DNA of 32,000 nt from Vibrio alginolyticus NBRC 15630 = ATCC 17749 (GCF_000354175.2 NC_022349.1:630001-662000), one strand, 5' to 3'; positions 16,898 through 27,520 are shown, counted from the stretch's first letter. A program made the numbers and translations. The notes: generated from the sequence alone by a model not told the origin.

Positions 16898-17015
16898 TGC
16901 TGTTCCTCTTAAATTGTAATTCTAATAGTGACCATTACGACTATGGTCTAATCCATATTACTACTGTTGCTATTCTTTCAGTGTTAAGCTAATGAAAAAA
17001 CAGCAAGGATGAGTT

Positions 17016-17747
17016 ATGAATTTCCCTTATAGAAATATTGTAGTACTTACTGGTGCAGGTATCTCGGCCGAATCTGGTATTCAAACATTTCGTGCGCAAG
17101 ATGGCCTATGGGAGAATCACCGTATCGAAGATGTAGCAACGCCTGAAGGGTTTGCTCGCGATCCGGACCTTGTTCAAGATTTTTACAACCAACGCCGCAA
17201 GAAACTTCAAGATAATGCGATAAAGCCTAATGCAGCGCATGAAGCATTGGGTCGTTTAGAGGCTGAGTTAGAAGGTAAAGTGACGGTCATCACTCAAAAT
17301 ATAGACAACCTTCACGAACGAGGCGGCAGTCAGAATGTGATTCACATGCATGGTGAGTTGCTCAAGGCCCGCTGTAGTGAATCTAACCAAGTAGTAGAGC
17401 ACAATGAGGACATTAAGACCGGCGAGCTTTGTCACTGTTGTCAGATCCCTTCACAAATGCGACCACATATTGTTTGGTTTGGTGAAATGCCATTGCGAAT
17501 GGGGGATATCTACGCGTCATTAGAAGAAGCAGATTTGTTTATTTCTATTGGGACTTCTGGCGTTGTGTATCCCGCAGCAGGTTTTGTTCATGATGCAAAA
17601 ATGCACGGCGCACATACCATTGAAATTAACCTAGAACCTAGTGCGGTAGAAAGTGAATTTGAGGAAAAACGCTACGGAAAAGCAAGCGTTGAGGTTCCAA
17701 AATTAGTTGACGAGATACTGGCTCTAGAAGGAAAAGAAAGAGCGTAA
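17016..17747 (+). CDS. cobB: NAD-dependent protein deacylase (Sir2 family, CobB)
   Basis: 243 aa with [25 protein letters not shown] and a Cys-rich Zn module. The size and motifs are typical of CobB. Confidence 0.9.
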   Translation: MNFPYRNIVVLTGAGISAESGIQTFRAQDGLWENHRIEDVATPEGFARDPDLVQDFYNQRRKKLQDNAIKPNAAHEALGRLEAELEGKVTVITQNIDNLHERGGSQNVIHMHGELLKARCSESNQVVEHNEDIKTGELCHCCQIPSQMRPHIVWFGEMPLRMGDIYASLEEADLFISIGTSGVVYPAAGFVHDAKMHGAHTIEINLEPSAVESEFEEKRYGKASVEVPKLVDEILALEGKERA

Positions 17748-17789
17748 TAACTTCAACAGGAAGAGTTTTTGTCTTGTCATTAAGAACAA

Positions 17790-17814
17790 AAAAGCGGCTC
17801 ATGAGCCGCTTTTT
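17790..17814. terminator. Bidirectional terminator between cobB and potD
   Basis: AAAAGCGGCTC / GAGCCGCTTTT, with A-run and T-run flanks on both strands. Confidence 0.75.
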
Positions 17815-17835
17815 CATATCTTTAAAACTAACGAA

Positions 17836-18873
17836 TTAGTTGTTCACTTTTAGCTTTTGGAAGTACTCATCGTACATTACGCTCGCTTCGCCAACTTCAT
17901 CTTGCCAAGTACCGCTGTCCATCACTTCTTGTGGTGGGAAGATGCTTGGATCATTAGCAAATTCTTTCGGTAGCAGATCGTGTGCCGTTTTAACTGGCGT
18001 AGGATAACCAATCTCAAGTGCAATCTTAGCTGCGTTCTCAGGGCGCAGTAAGAAGTCAATCATCTTATGAGCCGCATCAACGTTCTTCGCACCAGCTGGA
18101 ATTGCTAGGCTGTCCATCCAGAAGATAGTGCCTTTTTCTGGCCAGATGATGTCGATGTTCGCGCCTTCTTGACGAGCCATGTATGCAGAACCGTTCCAAA
18201 GCATGCCTAGTGAAACTTCACCCGCAAGGTAAGGGTTTGCAGGAAAATCTGAGTTAAATACTAATACGTTTGGCATTAGCTTTTTCAGTTCTTCGTAAGC
18301 GGCTTTGATTTCTTCTGGGTTAGTCGTGTTTGGTGAGTAACCAAGCTTAGTCAATGCAATGTGGAATACTTCGCGAGAATCATCCATCAGCATTAGTTGA
18401 CCTTCCCACTTGCTATCCCAGAAATCATCCCATTTAGAAACCGATGACTTGTCTAGCATGTCAGCATTGATACCAATACCGGTCGCACCCCAAATGTATG
18501 GGATAGAGTAGTTGTTGTTCGGATCGAACGGTTTGTTTAGGAAGTTAGTATCAAGATCGGCAAAATGAGATAATTTCTCTTTGTCGATCTGTTGTAGCAT
18601 GCCTTCTTTACGCATTTTAGAGACGAAATAGGTAGACGGTACTACCAAGTCGTAACCAGAACCTTGAGTTTTTAGTTTTGCATACATACTCTCGTTAGAT
18701 TCGTATGTAGAGTAAATAACTTTGATTCCAGTTTCTTTTGTAAAGTCTTCAAGAACTTCGTTTGGAATGTATTCCGACCAGTTGTAGAAATACAGTTCTT
18801 GATCAGCAGCCATTGCAGGGGTAGCGATGAGCGTCGCTGCACATAGAGCGCTTGCGTAGAATTTACTTTTCAT
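17836..18873 (-). CDS. potD: Spermidine/putrescine ABC transporter periplasmic binding protein (PotD paralog 1)
   Basis: Start moved to ATG 18873 (MKSKFYASALCAATLIATPAMA signal peptide). Strong PotD-like sequence throughout. Confidence 0.88.
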   Translation of the reverse strand: MKSKFYASALCAATLIATPAMAADQELYFYNWSEYIPNEVLEDFTKETGIKVIYSTYESNESMYAKLKTQGSGYDLVVPSTYFVSKMRKEGMLQQIDKEKLSHFADLDTNFLNKPFDPNNNYSIPYIWGATGIGINADMLDKSSVSKWDDFWDSKWEGQLMLMDDSREVFHIALTKLGYSPNTTNPEEIKAAYEELKKLMPNVLVFNSDFPANPYLAGEVSLGMLWNGSAYMARQEGANIDIIWPEKGTIFWMDSLAIPAGAKNVDAAHKMIDFLLRPENAAKIALEIGYPTPVKTAHDLLPKEFANDPSIFPPQEVMDSGTWQDEVGEASVMYDEYFQKLKVNN

Positions 18874-19064
18874 TTGTTTTCCGTTTTGTTTCGCGATTGG
18901 ACAAATCAATACTAGTTGGAGTTATCAATTTGAGCCAAATCGCAGTAAGCACAAATATGTTCATTTAGCTTGAATATCGTTGTCTCCTTGTTATGAGACG
19001 ATAAATCTATGATACCAAGACAAATAAACCTAGCAACGCGCGATTATATCAGCCTAAGACAAAA

Positions 19065-19087
19065 ATAGGCAGCGTATTGCTGCCTAT
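19065..19087 (-). terminator. Terminator after potD paralog 2
   Basis: Perfect 9-bp stem ATAGGCAGC / GCTGCCTAT, followed by a T5 run on the minus strand. Confidence 0.7.
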
Positions 19088-19122
19088 TTTCCTGTGGTTG
19101 ATGACTTGTTACACAAGCTAGA

Positions 19123-20154
19123 TTATTGTCCCGCTTTCAGCTTGAGGAAATAATCTTCGTACTTAACGGTTAGATCACCAACCGCATCTTGCCATTCAAC
19201 GCGGTCAAGGTCTTCTTGAGAAGGGAACAGTGGGGCAACGTCTTTAAACTTAGCATTCGATTCTTCCACCGCCGTTAGGTAGCCAGTATCACGAGAGATT
19301 TGCTCTGCGATTTCTGGGCGCAGTAGGAAGTCAATCATCTTGTGAGCGGCTTCTACGTTCTTCGCACCGGAAGAGATAGCGAAGTTATCAACCCAGCCGA
19401 TACCGCCTTCTTTAGGAAAAACGAGTTTAAGGTTCAGGCCTTCACTTTGTGCCGCTGCGGCGCTACCGTTCCAAAGCATACCAACGCCCACTTCACCAGA
19501 CATGTAAGGTGCGCCAGGGTTGTCAGAGTTGAAAACTAAAACGTTAGGCATCAACTTTTGTAGCTCAGCGTACGCTTCATCGATTTGCTTAGGGTCTTTT
19601 GAGTTACCTGAGTAGCCAAGTTTACGCAGAGCGATATGGAACACTTCACGAGTGTCGTCCATCAACATTACTTGACCTTCAAGCTCAGGCTTCCATAGGT
19701 CAGCCCAGCTATGGAAGTCGTTTGGATCGTACATATCTGCGTTAACCGCTAGGCCTGTAATCGCAACAACGTGTGGGATAGAGTAGTCGTTACTTGGATC
19801 GTAAGGCTTGTCTAGGTAGTTTTTATCTAGGTTGCCGAAGTTTTTCAGCTTAGTCTTATCGATCTTTTGTAGCATGCCTTCGTCACGCATCTTCGCCACG
19901 AAGTACGTTGAAGGTACTACTAGGTCATAACCTTGGTTATGGGTTTTTAGCTTTGCATACAAAGTTTCGTTCGACTCGTAAGTCGAGTAGATCACTTTGA
20001 TGCCAGTTTCTTTAGTAAATTGCTCTAGGATATTACTGTTGATGTAAGGACCCCAGTTCATAAATACTAGTTCTTTATCATCCGCTGTCGCTGTACCAGA
20101 GAACAGAGAAAGCGCACATGCACTACCAGCTAATAGAGTAGCCCATTTTTTCAT
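19123..20154 (-). CDS. potD: Spermidine/putrescine ABC transporter periplasmic binding protein (PotD paralog 2)
   Basis: Start moved to ATG 20154 (MKKWATLLAGSACALSLFSGTATA signal peptide). Collinear similarity to the other PotD (e.g. FTKETGIKVIYSTYESNE, YDLVVPSTYF). Confidence 0.88.
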   Translation of the reverse strand: MKKWATLLAGSACALSLFSGTATADDKELVFMNWGPYINSNILEQFTKETGIKVIYSTYESNETLYAKLKTHNQGYDLVVPSTYFVAKMRDEGMLQKIDKTKLKNFGNLDKNYLDKPYDPSNDYSIPHVVAITGLAVNADMYDPNDFHSWADLWKPELEGQVMLMDDTREVFHIALRKLGYSGNSKDPKQIDEAYAELQKLMPNVLVFNSDNPGAPYMSGEVGVGMLWNGSAAAAQSEGLNLKLVFPKEGGIGWVDNFAISSGAKNVEAAHKMIDFLLRPEIAEQISRDTGYLTAVEESNAKFKDVAPLFPSQEDLDRVEWQDAVGDLTVKYEDYFLKLKAGQ

Positions 20155-20256
20155 TGACGTTAGCTCCAAACCAAACGTTGTCCAATTTTGGACGATAGAT
20201 AGAAAAACAGAATGGCATGTAACCATTCTGTTTCGTGATGTTAACAGGTGCGGATT

Positions 20257-21027
20257 CTACTTCACTTTTTCTCTTGCTAGCAACTGAGAAATTACTACCA
20301 AGACCAAAGAAACAATCAACATCACCGTTGCTAGGGCGTTCACTTCCGGTGAAATGCCCACCTTAACCATGGAGTAAATCTTCAATGGCAAGATTTCGTA
20401 TGTTGGACCCGTTACAAACGAGCTGATGATCACATCGTCCAAAGACAGGGTAAAGCTCAATAACCAACCTGCGGCAACCGCTGGTTTAGCGAGAGGAAGG
20501 ATGATCTGTTTCAAGATAACCCACTCGCTTGCACCAAGGTCTTTTGCTGCTTCCAACATTTTCACATCAAAGCCATTTAAGCGGCTGTATACAGTTACCA
20601 CAACGAATGGTAGACAAAAGGTGATGTGAGCAATCAATAGTGTAAAGAAGCCAAGCTGTGCGCCTAATACTAGGAACAGAGCAAGTAATGAAATCGCCAT
20701 TACAATATCGGGAGACATCATCACGACAAACAGCATGCCGTTTACCGCACCTTTACCTTTGAACGAGTAACGGAATAGGGCAACGGCCGTTAAGCTACCA
20801 ATGATGGTTGCTGCTGTCGCTGAGAATACCGCTACGTTCAATGAATGCCATGCAGCTTGCATTAGGCTGTCGTTATTTACTAAGGTTTCGTACCATTTCG
20901 TGGTGAAACCACCCCATTTCATACCAAATTTGTTGGCATTAAATGAGTTAACAATTAAGACGATGATTGGCAGATACAAAAATGCATACACCAGCGCCAT
21001 AAAGCTAAATCTAACTGTGCGTCCCAT
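20257..21027 (-). CDS. potC: Spermidine/putrescine ABC transporter permease PotC
   Basis: 256 aa, 6 TM, EAA-loop region ([11 protein letters not shown]). TAATG overlap with potB. Confidence 0.9.
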   Translation of the reverse strand: MGRTVRFSFMALVYAFLYLPIIVLIVNSFNANKFGMKWGGFTTKWYETLVNNDSLMQAAWHSLNVAVFSATAATIIGSLTAVALFRYSFKGKGAVNGMLFVVMMSPDIVMAISLLALFLVLGAQLGFFTLLIAHITFCLPFVVVTVYSRLNGFDVKMLEAAKDLGASEWVILKQIILPLAKPAVAAGWLLSFTLSLDDVIISSFVTGPTYEILPLKIYSMVKVGISPEVNALATVMLIVSLVLVVISQLLAREKVK

Positions 21028-21887
21028 TAGTCTAGCTCCACTTTCTTATTCAATAGTTTGCCTGCTCTGTAGTAAGCGTAAAGCATCACAGCCATTGCGA
21101 AGGTGAGGGCGATACTGGTCGCAGCACCAAATGGCCAGTCACGAGCGTTCAATACTTGGCTCTTAATAACGTTACCAATCAGTAGGTTCTTCGCACCACC
21201 AAGAAGGTCAGAGATGTAGAACATACCTAGTGCTGGTAGCAGAACCAACAAACAACCACCGATAATGCCAGGCATTGTCAGAGGTAGAATCACTTTCGTA
21301 ATGGTTTGGAACTTGTTCGCACCAAGATCTTTCGCCGCCTCGATATAAGTGTTGTCCAACTTCTCGATTGCCGAGTAAAGCGGCAGAATCATAAATGGAA
21401 GCAGGATGTACACAAGACCAATCATTACTGCTGTTTCGGTGTACATAATACGTAATGGCTTATCGATGATTTCCATCGCCATTAATGATTTGTTCAAAAT
21501 ACCTTGTGTACCCAGAACAATCTTCAGGCCGTAAGTACGGATAAGAGAGTTTGTCCAAAAAGGTACGATAACTAAGAACAACATGAATGGGCGCCATTTC
21601 TCTGGCATTTTCGCTATGATGTAAGCAAATGGGTAACCAATTACTAAACACAACAACGTCGCCACGATCGCCATGTAGAACGAGTGCATCAGCACTTTCG
21701 CATACAAGGGGTCGAGTAGACGTAAGTAGTTGTCGAAAGTAAATGTCATTTCGATTAAGTTTGCTTCATCACGCGTTAAGAAACTCGTACCGATAATCAT
21801 CACATTTGGTACCAACACGAAAAGTGTTAACCAACCGACGATTAAGGTAATGATCGCGTTTTGAAGATTAATCTTCTTGCTTATCAT
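21027..21887 (-). CDS. potB: Spermidine/putrescine ABC transporter permease PotB
   Basis: 286 aa polytopic permease with [11 protein letters not shown]. Overlaps potA by 20 nt. Confidence 0.9.
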   Translation of the reverse strand: MISKKINLQNAIITLIVGWLTLFVLVPNVMIIGTSFLTRDEANLIEMTFTFDNYLRLLDPLYAKVLMHSFYMAIVATLLCLVIGYPFAYIIAKMPEKWRPFMLFLVIVPFWTNSLIRTYGLKIVLGTQGILNKSLMAMEIIDKPLRIMYTETAVMIGLVYILLPFMILPLYSAIEKLDNTYIEAAKDLGANKFQTITKVILPLTMPGIIGGCLLVLLPALGMFYISDLLGGAKNLLIGNVIKSQVLNARDWPFGAATSIALTFAMAVMLYAYYRAGKLLNKKVELD

Positions 21888-23007
21888 TGAGGACTACCTC
21901 CCAGCTCTCAACCCAAGTGATAGCGACTTTCTGGCCAAGTGAGTGGTCCACATCAGGATCATCTTCGTTAAAGAATTCGCTAACCATTACACGCATGCCC
22001 GAATCCAATTGGATAACTGAATCAAGCGTCATACCTTTATAGGTACGCTCTGTTACGTGACCTACGATGCCTTTTTCTTCAGACTCTTTGATCTCTTCGA
22101 TACGTAAGTCTTCTGGGCGAAGTAGTACTTGCAGTTTTTCACCTGCTTGCGCTTCCTGATCGTAGTAAACAACAGATTCGACACCTTCGATTTCTGCACG
22201 GATACGTTTCTCGTCGATACGCTCTAGCATGGTTGCGTTGAATACGTTGATCTCACCGATAAAGCGAGCAACAAATAGGTTCTTCGGCTCTTCGTAAATC
22301 TCACGTGGAGAACCATCCTGCTCGATAACACCATCGCGCATTACAATAATGCGGTCAGACATCGATAGGGCTTCTTCCTGATCGTGCGTAACGAAGATAA
22401 AGGTAATACCAAGTTGACGCTGAAGCTGTTTAAGCTCGATTTGCATTTGCTTACGCAGTTTGTAATCAAGTGCCGATAGAGATTCATCTAGCAGCAGTAC
22501 TTTTGGTTTGTTAACAACCGCACGCGCAATGGCGATACGTTGTTGCTGACCACCAGAAAGCTGATGAGGCTTACGCTGTGCCATTTTTTCTAGGCGCACC
22601 ATGCGTAGCGCTTCCATTACTCGTGGTTCAATGTCCGCAGTAGGCGTTTTCTGCATACGAAGGCCAAAAGCGACATTCTCATATACGGTCATGTGTGGAA
22701 ACAATGCGTAACTTTGAAATACCGTGTTGACGTGCCTTTGCTCTGCAGGAACCTGTGTTACATCCTGGTCATCCAAAATAATTTGACCGTTATCTGCCGT
22801 TTCAAAACCTGCAATCATGCGTAAAACTGTTGTCTTACCACAACCAGAAGGCCCGAGAATCGTCAGAAATTCACCATGATTAACATCCAGATTTAAATTA
22901 CCGATGATTTCCTTACCATCGAAACTTTTACTAATACCAGATAAACGAATAACTGGCTTTCCTGCTTGCGGTTTTGCGTTCAACGTCTGTATTTCCCCCA
23001 CGTTCAA
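21868..23007 (-). CDS. potA: Spermidine/putrescine ABC transporter ATPase PotA
   Basis: Walker [10 protein letters not shown], signature LSGGQQQR, Walker B LLLDE. Near-collinear with E. coli PotA as I recall it. The start is uncertain: TTG 23007 or GTG 23001, with no ATG and a weak SD. Confidence 0.9.
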   Translation of the reverse strand: MNVGEIQTLNAKPQAGKPVIRLSGISKSFDGKEIIGNLNLDVNHGEFLTILGPSGCGKTTVLRMIAGFETADNGQIILDDQDVTQVPAEQRHVNTVFQSYALFPHMTVYENVAFGLRMQKTPTADIEPRVMEALRMVRLEKMAQRKPHQLSGGQQQRIAIARAVVNKPKVLLLDESLSALDYKLRKQMQIELKQLQRQLGITFIFVTHDQEEALSMSDRIIVMRDGVIEQDGSPREIYEEPKNLFVARFIGEINVFNATMLERIDEKRIRAEIEGVESVVYYDQEAQAGEKLQVLLRPEDLRIEEIKESEEKGIVGHVTERTYKGMTLDSVIQLDSGMRVMVSEFFNEDDPDVDHSLGQKVAITWVESWEVVLNDKQED

Positions 23008-23335
23008 GCCGGGATTATCCCAGCTGATGTGACACTAACCATTCACTTTTGAGGCGCGCATCATAATCACCAAAAGTGTGAAATTAAAGCATTTTCTTAT
23101 CTTGAAACAGAAATAATTTTGCAGGAAAAAGCCATCATTCCTTACCATACTGTTTTTATGAGATTAATTGGCATCTAGACACAGTTTGATAGCACTAAAC
23201 TTTGTTCAACAATTGTTTCAATTTCATGACCTTGAAAGTGGTCAATTATCAACCATACAGTTGAGATTGCAAGGATTGTAGGTGAGTTGTGATGTTAGAT
23301 GTGGAAAGATTTCTTTATAATGACGATTACATTAA

Positions 23336-23355
23336 TTGACTGGAATTCCAGTCAA
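23336..23355. promoter_or_regulatory. Perfect 20-bp palindrome (candidate operator)
   Basis: TTGACTGGAATTCCAGTCAA, ending 28 nt before ATG 23384. Confidence 0.35.
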
Positions 23356-23383
23356 AATTTTACAAGTTAGTCTTGGATAAACT

Positions 23384-24181
23384 ATGAACGACGATTTTGA
23401 GAAAGATTTCAATCTTGGGGGGAGTGTAGAGCGAGCTTTGTCTGGCAACTACGAGCTTAAAGCTGGCGCGGTTTTTAACGAAGCTTGGCGAGCAACCATC
23501 CAGCACTTTTTATCATTTTCTCCTGCCATTATTGTATTGCTTTTTGTCCAGTTAGGTATTTTCTATATTGCATTAAAACTGCAGTTGGGCGATTTGACCG
23601 TTATTCTTGATGCGTTTGAGAACCCAGAGTCGTTCACAAACGATATTGTGTCTTCTATTTATGTCGCGAATTTCAGTTATGAGGTGATTAGCGCCCCAAT
23701 TTATGCGGGGATAAGTTTGATGGCTATGAGTCATGTCGCTGGCTTAAAGACTAAGTTGCGCCATGTTGGAAAGGGGTTGCAGTTCACCATTCCTGTTATC
23801 CTAGCAACGCTCATGAGCTTAATGCTACAAGGTGTGGTTGGTATGATTTTTCCTTTACTGTCGCTGTATCTTTCCTTGGCATTTAGTCACTCTATTTTGT
23901 TGATTTGTGAGAAAAGGGTGCCACCAATGCAAGCGTTGCTGTTATCACTTCGCGCAATCAACAAGAAGATTTTTGTGGTCGCGGGGCTTTACTTAGGCGT
24001 GATGTTAATGTTTATTATTGCAGCAATGTTCTACGGTATTGGCTTGATTTTTGTGCTGCCATTCTTCTTCCATTTGAAAGGCATACTCTACCGCGAAATG
24101 TTTGGAATTAAGCTTAAGATCGTTACAACACAGAAAAACGATAATGATCACGATGGTAACTCACAGGTGTTTGATGCCTAA
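23384..24181 (+). CDS. Polytopic inner-membrane protein, unknown function
   Basis: 265 aa with 5-6 hydrophobic helices. Its 3' end overlaps the next gene's ATG by 8 nt. Confidence 0.6.
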   Translation: MNDDFEKDFNLGGSVERALSGNYELKAGAVFNEAWRATIQHFLSFSPAIIVLLFVQLGIFYIALKLQLGDLTVILDAFENPESFTNDIVSSIYVANFSYEVISAPIYAGISLMAMSHVAGLKTKLRHVGKGLQFTIPVILATLMSLMLQGVVGMIFPLLSLYLSLAFSHSILLICEKRVPPMQALLLSLRAINKKIFVVAGLYLGVMLMFIIAAMFYGIGLIFVLPFFFHLKGILYREMFGIKLKIVTTQKNDNDHDGNSQVFDA

Positions 24182-25010
24182 TTCTTTGAAATCAATAAGT
24201 TTACGAGTGGCGGCAACCTGTATAGCCGCCACTTTCATTTCTATAGGCCCATATTTACACTACGAGAAACAGTTTAAATATGTGGAAAATCCTGACGTAC
24301 TCTCTGGCAAGATTAAGCATGTCGATTTATCACACTTGCCATACATCGGTGATATCCCAGACTTCAATTCAATAAAAGATACGAAAGAGAAAAAAGCTGC
24401 TTTTTTTGATTTTTTAAGGCCTAAAATTGCTCTTGAGAATCAACGAATTCGTCATGAGCGGGCCTTTCTTACCTCTTTAAAGGTGGGACAAGTGACGCAA
24501 GAACAACAAGAGTATGCTCAGCGGTTATCATCTCTGTATTCGTTGCCCTTGAGTAACGATAAGATTGATCAAGCATGGCTAGACGAGATGCTTGTGAGAG
24601 TGAACGTCTTACCAGAAGCGTTGGTTCTAACTCAAGCGGCAAATGAATCTGCGTGGGGCACTTCTCGTTTTGCTACTCAAGCAAACAACTTGTTCGGCCA
24701 ATGGTGTTATAAAAAGGGCTGTGGAATTGTTCCAGCGCAACGTGGCGCTAACAAAGTTCATGAAGTTGAAAAATTCGATTCTGTACAACAGTCTGTTCAT
24801 GGCTACTTTATGAATGTTAATCGAAACCCAGCGTATGCAGACCTGCGTGAAATCAGAACATCTCTGGCTGAAAAGAACAAGGGCTTGTTAACGGTTGCAA
24901 CCGCGTCAGAGTTAACGCATGGGTTGCTAGCCTATTCTGAACGTGGCATCGCCTATGTACACGATCTTCGCGCTATGATTCGTCATAACAACGCCTACTG
25001 GACGCAATAA
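24174..25010 (+). CDS. Bax-like glucosaminidase-domain protein (peptidoglycan hydrolase family)
   Basis: Start moved to ATG 24174 (MPNSLKSISLRVAATCIAATFISIG anchor). AANESAWGTSRFA...NNLFGQW matches the FlgJ/Bax glucosaminidase-domain signature. Confidence 0.75.
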   Translation: MPNSLKSISLRVAATCIAATFISIGPYLHYEKQFKYVENPDVLSGKIKHVDLSHLPYIGDIPDFNSIKDTKEKKAAFFDFLRPKIALENQRIRHERAFLTSLKVGQVTQEQQEYAQRLSSLYSLPLSNDKIDQAWLDEMLVRVNVLPEALVLTQAANESAWGTSRFATQANNLFGQWCYKKGCGIVPAQRGANKVHEVEKFDSVQQSVHGYFMNVNRNPAYADLREIRTSLAEKNKGLLTVATASELTHGLLAYSERGIAYVHDLRAMIRHNNAYWTQ

Positions 25011-25023
25011 AATAACGGATAAA

Positions 25024-25686
25024 ATGAAAAAGTTAAGCCTAAGTCTATTGGGAAGTGCGGCGCTAATTCTTGTATCGCCGATAACCCAAGCTCAAGAGTA
25101 CATGTTCACGTACTCAAAGTTATACACTCAACTAAAAAACAACAATAAAGAAGGGCATGACGATGTGAAAGTTGGTGTCTTTTTTGTGGACGCAAAAACT
25201 AAGCAAATTTGTACGATAGAAAAAGCTTGGATGGAAAAAGAAGAGCACTATGAAGAGTTTGTTATCCCTGCTTCACAAGAGTTGCCTTTACCAGTTGATA
25301 AAAACTTAAAGTCAGCAAATCCGTTGGTTTTTGTCGATACCCCAAAAGATACACGTTGCGATTACTCACTTGTCGTGATGACCAAAGAACCATTACAGGG
25401 TAACGTTTCTTACGACCAACTTAAGCCTCTTCTACCTCAAATGCAGACGATGCTGGAAGATTTAGGCGGTATGTTTGCGGGTTGGTTTACACCGGAGGTT
25501 CAAGGTGTGACGATGGAGTTTGCAAATCAACTGAATGATAAAGTGATTTTCTCAAACGGAACCGAAAAGCCAATTGTCAATGGCAAGATACAAGTCGCAC
25601 TAAGTGAAATAGGGCAAGGTGGCACAATGACACTACCAGAACCGACGATGCGAGTGTTACCTTATCTACCTAACGCAAAGAAATGA
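25024..25686 (+). CDS. Secreted protein of unknown function
   Basis: 220 aa with signal peptide MKKLSLSLLGSAALILVSPITQA-QE, followed by a terminator. Confidence 0.6.
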   Translation: MKKLSLSLLGSAALILVSPITQAQEYMFTYSKLYTQLKNNNKEGHDDVKVGVFFVDAKTKQICTIEKAWMEKEEHYEEFVIPASQELPLPVDKNLKSANPLVFVDTPKDTRCDYSLVVMTKEPLQGNVSYDQLKPLLPQMQTMLEDLGGMFAGWFTPEVQGVTMEFANQLNDKVIFSNGTEKPIVNGKIQVALSEIGQGGTMTLPEPTMRVLPYLPNAKK

Positions 25687-25704
25687 ACACTGAACGTTTA
25701 GAAA

Positions 25705-25729
25705 GGGCTGCAATCGCAGCTCTTTTTTA
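25705..25729 (+). terminator. Rho-independent terminator
   Basis: GGCTGC / GCAGCT stem followed by a T6 run. Confidence 0.65.
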
Positions 25730-25791
25730 ATTTTGACCGTAACTAAAGTATCTTTCACACTCTTTTCTTAAAGACTCAATAAGACAAACAT

Positions 25792-25819
25792 TTAATCCTG
25801 CGTAAAAAGCTCGTATAAT
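25792..25819 (+). promoter_or_regulatory. Sigma70 promoter candidate for ttcA
   Basis: -35 TTAATC, a 16-nt spacer, and a perfect -10 TATAAT (25814-25819). Confidence 0.4.
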
Positions 25820-25884
25820 CCACGCCCCAAAGAAACCCATGTTAGGAAGTCCTAGTCGATTTATCGGCGATGTGAGAGCCCGCA

Positions 25885-26778
25885 ATGAACCAAATAGATA
25901 CAAGAAAAGAAACCCTAGAATTCAACAAGCTTCAGAAACGCCTAAGAAGACATGTTGGAAATGCCATTACTGATTACAACATGATCGAAGAAGGCGATGT
26001 TGTAATGGCATGTATTAGCGGTGGTAAAGATTCATTCGCGATGCTTGATATCCTGCTGAATCTTCAAAAAGCCGCACCGATCAAATTTGAAGTGGTTGCG
26101 GTAAACCTAGACCAAAAACAACCGGGCTTCCCTGAGCACATTCTGCCAGAGTATTTCGAAACACTGAATATCCCTTACTATATCGTCGATAAGGACACGT
26201 ATTCCGTCGTAAAAGAGAAGGTACCAGAAGGCAAAACCACTTGTGGTCTGTGTTCACGCCTGCGACGTGGTACGCTGTATTCATTTGCAGAGAAAATTGG
26301 TGCAACTAAGCTTGCGCTAGGTCATCACATGGATGACATCGTCGAAACAATGTTCTTGAATATGTTCCACGGCTCTCGCCTTAAAGCGATGCCACCAAAG
26401 CTACGCTCTGATGATGGCCGTAACGTGGTCATTCGTCCATTGACTTACTGTCGTGAAAAAGATTTGATCAAATACGCTGAGAACAAGGATTTCCCAATAA
26501 TTCCGTGTAACCTTTGTGGCTCTCAAGAGAACCTTCAGCGTCAATCTATAAAAGCAATGTTGATTGAATGGGATAAGAAGACGCCAGGGCGTGTGGAAGC
26601 AATTTTTAAATCAATTCAAAACGTAAGCCCAAGCCAACTAGCAGACCGCGAATTGTTCGACTTTGTTAACTTACCGCTAGAACGTGAAGGTAACCGCGAA
26701 GAGTATGAATTTAATGAGGCTGTCGTTTCTTCGACGAATATTGATGAATCGATGTTCATCGATGTTACGAACATCTAA
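25885..26778 (+). CDS. ttcA: tRNA 2-thiocytidine(32) synthetase TtcA
   Basis: 297 aa with PP-loop [16 protein letters not shown] and CNLCGSQ motifs. Confidence 0.92.
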   Translation: MNQIDTRKETLEFNKLQKRLRRHVGNAITDYNMIEEGDVVMACISGGKDSFAMLDILLNLQKAAPIKFEVVAVNLDQKQPGFPEHILPEYFETLNIPYYIVDKDTYSVVKEKVPEGKTTCGLCSRLRRGTLYSFAEKIGATKLALGHHMDDIVETMFLNMFHGSRLKAMPPKLRSDDGRNVVIRPLTYCREKDLIKYAENKDFPIIPCNLCGSQENLQRQSIKAMLIEWDKKTPGRVEAIFKSIQNVSPSQLADRELFDFVNLPLEREGNREEYEFNEAVVSSTNIDESMFIDVTNI

Positions 26779-26784
26779 CTCGTA

Positions 26785-26814
26785 AAAAAGGAGGTCAATT
26801 AGACCTCCTTTTTT
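26785..26814 (+). terminator. ttcA terminator
   Basis: AAAAAGGAGGTC / GACCTCCTTTTT. Confidence 0.8.
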
Positions 26815-26844
26815 GTACCCAACGCTTTAACTGTTCCCAAGTAA

Positions 26845-27445
26845 ATTACCACCTTCTAAAGAAGGTGGCTTTGTGTGAGCCCCCTAAAAGGGGGCCTTTG
26901 TTTAGTCCAGCGCCAATTGCTGCTGCTCTACTCGCTCTTGCTTCTCTTGATGTCTTACATATCGGCGTATTATTTCTTCATTGATTCCAACACTATCGAC
27001 AAAATAGCCTCTTTGCCAAAAGTGATTACCCCAAAGCCTGTTCTTCCTAAGGTGAGGAAACTTGCTAAATAGCTTTAAGGCTATTTTGCCTTTCAATACC
27101 CCCATCAACTTGGATATCGAAAGCTTTGGTGGGACCTTTACAACTAAATGTACGTGGTCAACTTGTACGTTTAGCTCTACGACTTCACATCCAAGTTGAT
27201 TACAGTAAACATAAATACATCGATAAACTTCTTTACCTATATTGTTCTTCAAGATCCTAAATCGATACTTTGGCGTCCACACTATATGGTATTGACAACG
27301 CCAAAATACGTGGGAAGCTTGATTGTATCTACTCATGTTATTTGTCCTCTTTGACTTCTGGAAAAATCAAAGACGCATTTAGCATGAGTAGTTTTACAGG
27401 CAAAGCCGAAACGGATGATAACCACCTACTGAAGTAGGTGGTTTA
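26845..27445 (-). mobile_element. IS200-type insertion sequence (IS200/IS605 family, tnpA only); ends approximate
   Basis: A Y1 transposase gene is flanked by same-orientation subterminal hairpins (26849-26868 CCACCTTC/GAAGGTGG; 27421-27442 ACCACCTAC/GTAGGTGGT). There are no inverted terminal repeats, as expected for this family. The element lies between the ttcA and uspE terminators. Confidence 0.8.
26902..27336 (-). CDS. tnpA: IS200/IS605-family Y1 (HUH) transposase TnpA
   Basis: 144 aa with HUH motif HVHLVV, YHIVWTPKYR and catalytic-Tyr region RGYFVDSVG. It looks intact. Confidence 0.92.
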   Translation of the reverse strand: MSRYNQASHVFWRCQYHIVWTPKYRFRILKNNIGKEVYRCIYVYCNQLGCEVVELNVQVDHVHLVVKVPPKLSISKLMGVLKGKIALKLFSKFPHLRKNRLWGNHFWQRGYFVDSVGINEEIIRRYVRHQEKQERVEQQQLALD

Positions 27446-27459
27446 GGGCTGAAACCAAA

Positions 27460-27482
27460 AATCCCCCTGTATTCGGGGGATT
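27460..27482 (-). terminator. uspE terminator
   Basis: AATCCCCC / GGGGGATT stem, followed by a T5 run on the minus strand. Confidence 0.7.
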
Positions 27483-27520
27483 TATTAGCGCGCTCAATAC
27501 ATAGCAATACTAAGGAGAGA

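Noticed and set aside
17016-17747. Sir2-domain gene as a possible anti-phage defence component (Thoeris/DSR-like).
   Set aside because: The 243-aa size, the full CobB-type motifs and Zn module, the absence of any fused or adjacent effector or sensor gene, and its own terminator all fit housekeeping CobB.
17836-20154. Tandem potD duplication as something unusual.
   Set aside because: As far as I recall, two PotD-type binding proteins downstream of potABC is a common Vibrio arrangement. Both copies look intact, each with its own signal peptide.
23165-23185. TGGCAT motif upstream of potA as a sigma54 promoter.
   Set aside because: No TTGC/GC element is present at the required -12 spacing.
26875-27072. 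65-aa plus-strand ORF antisense to tnpA.
   Set aside because: It overlaps the 3' end of the intact transposase gene and starts within the IS hairpin region, so it is most likely spurious.
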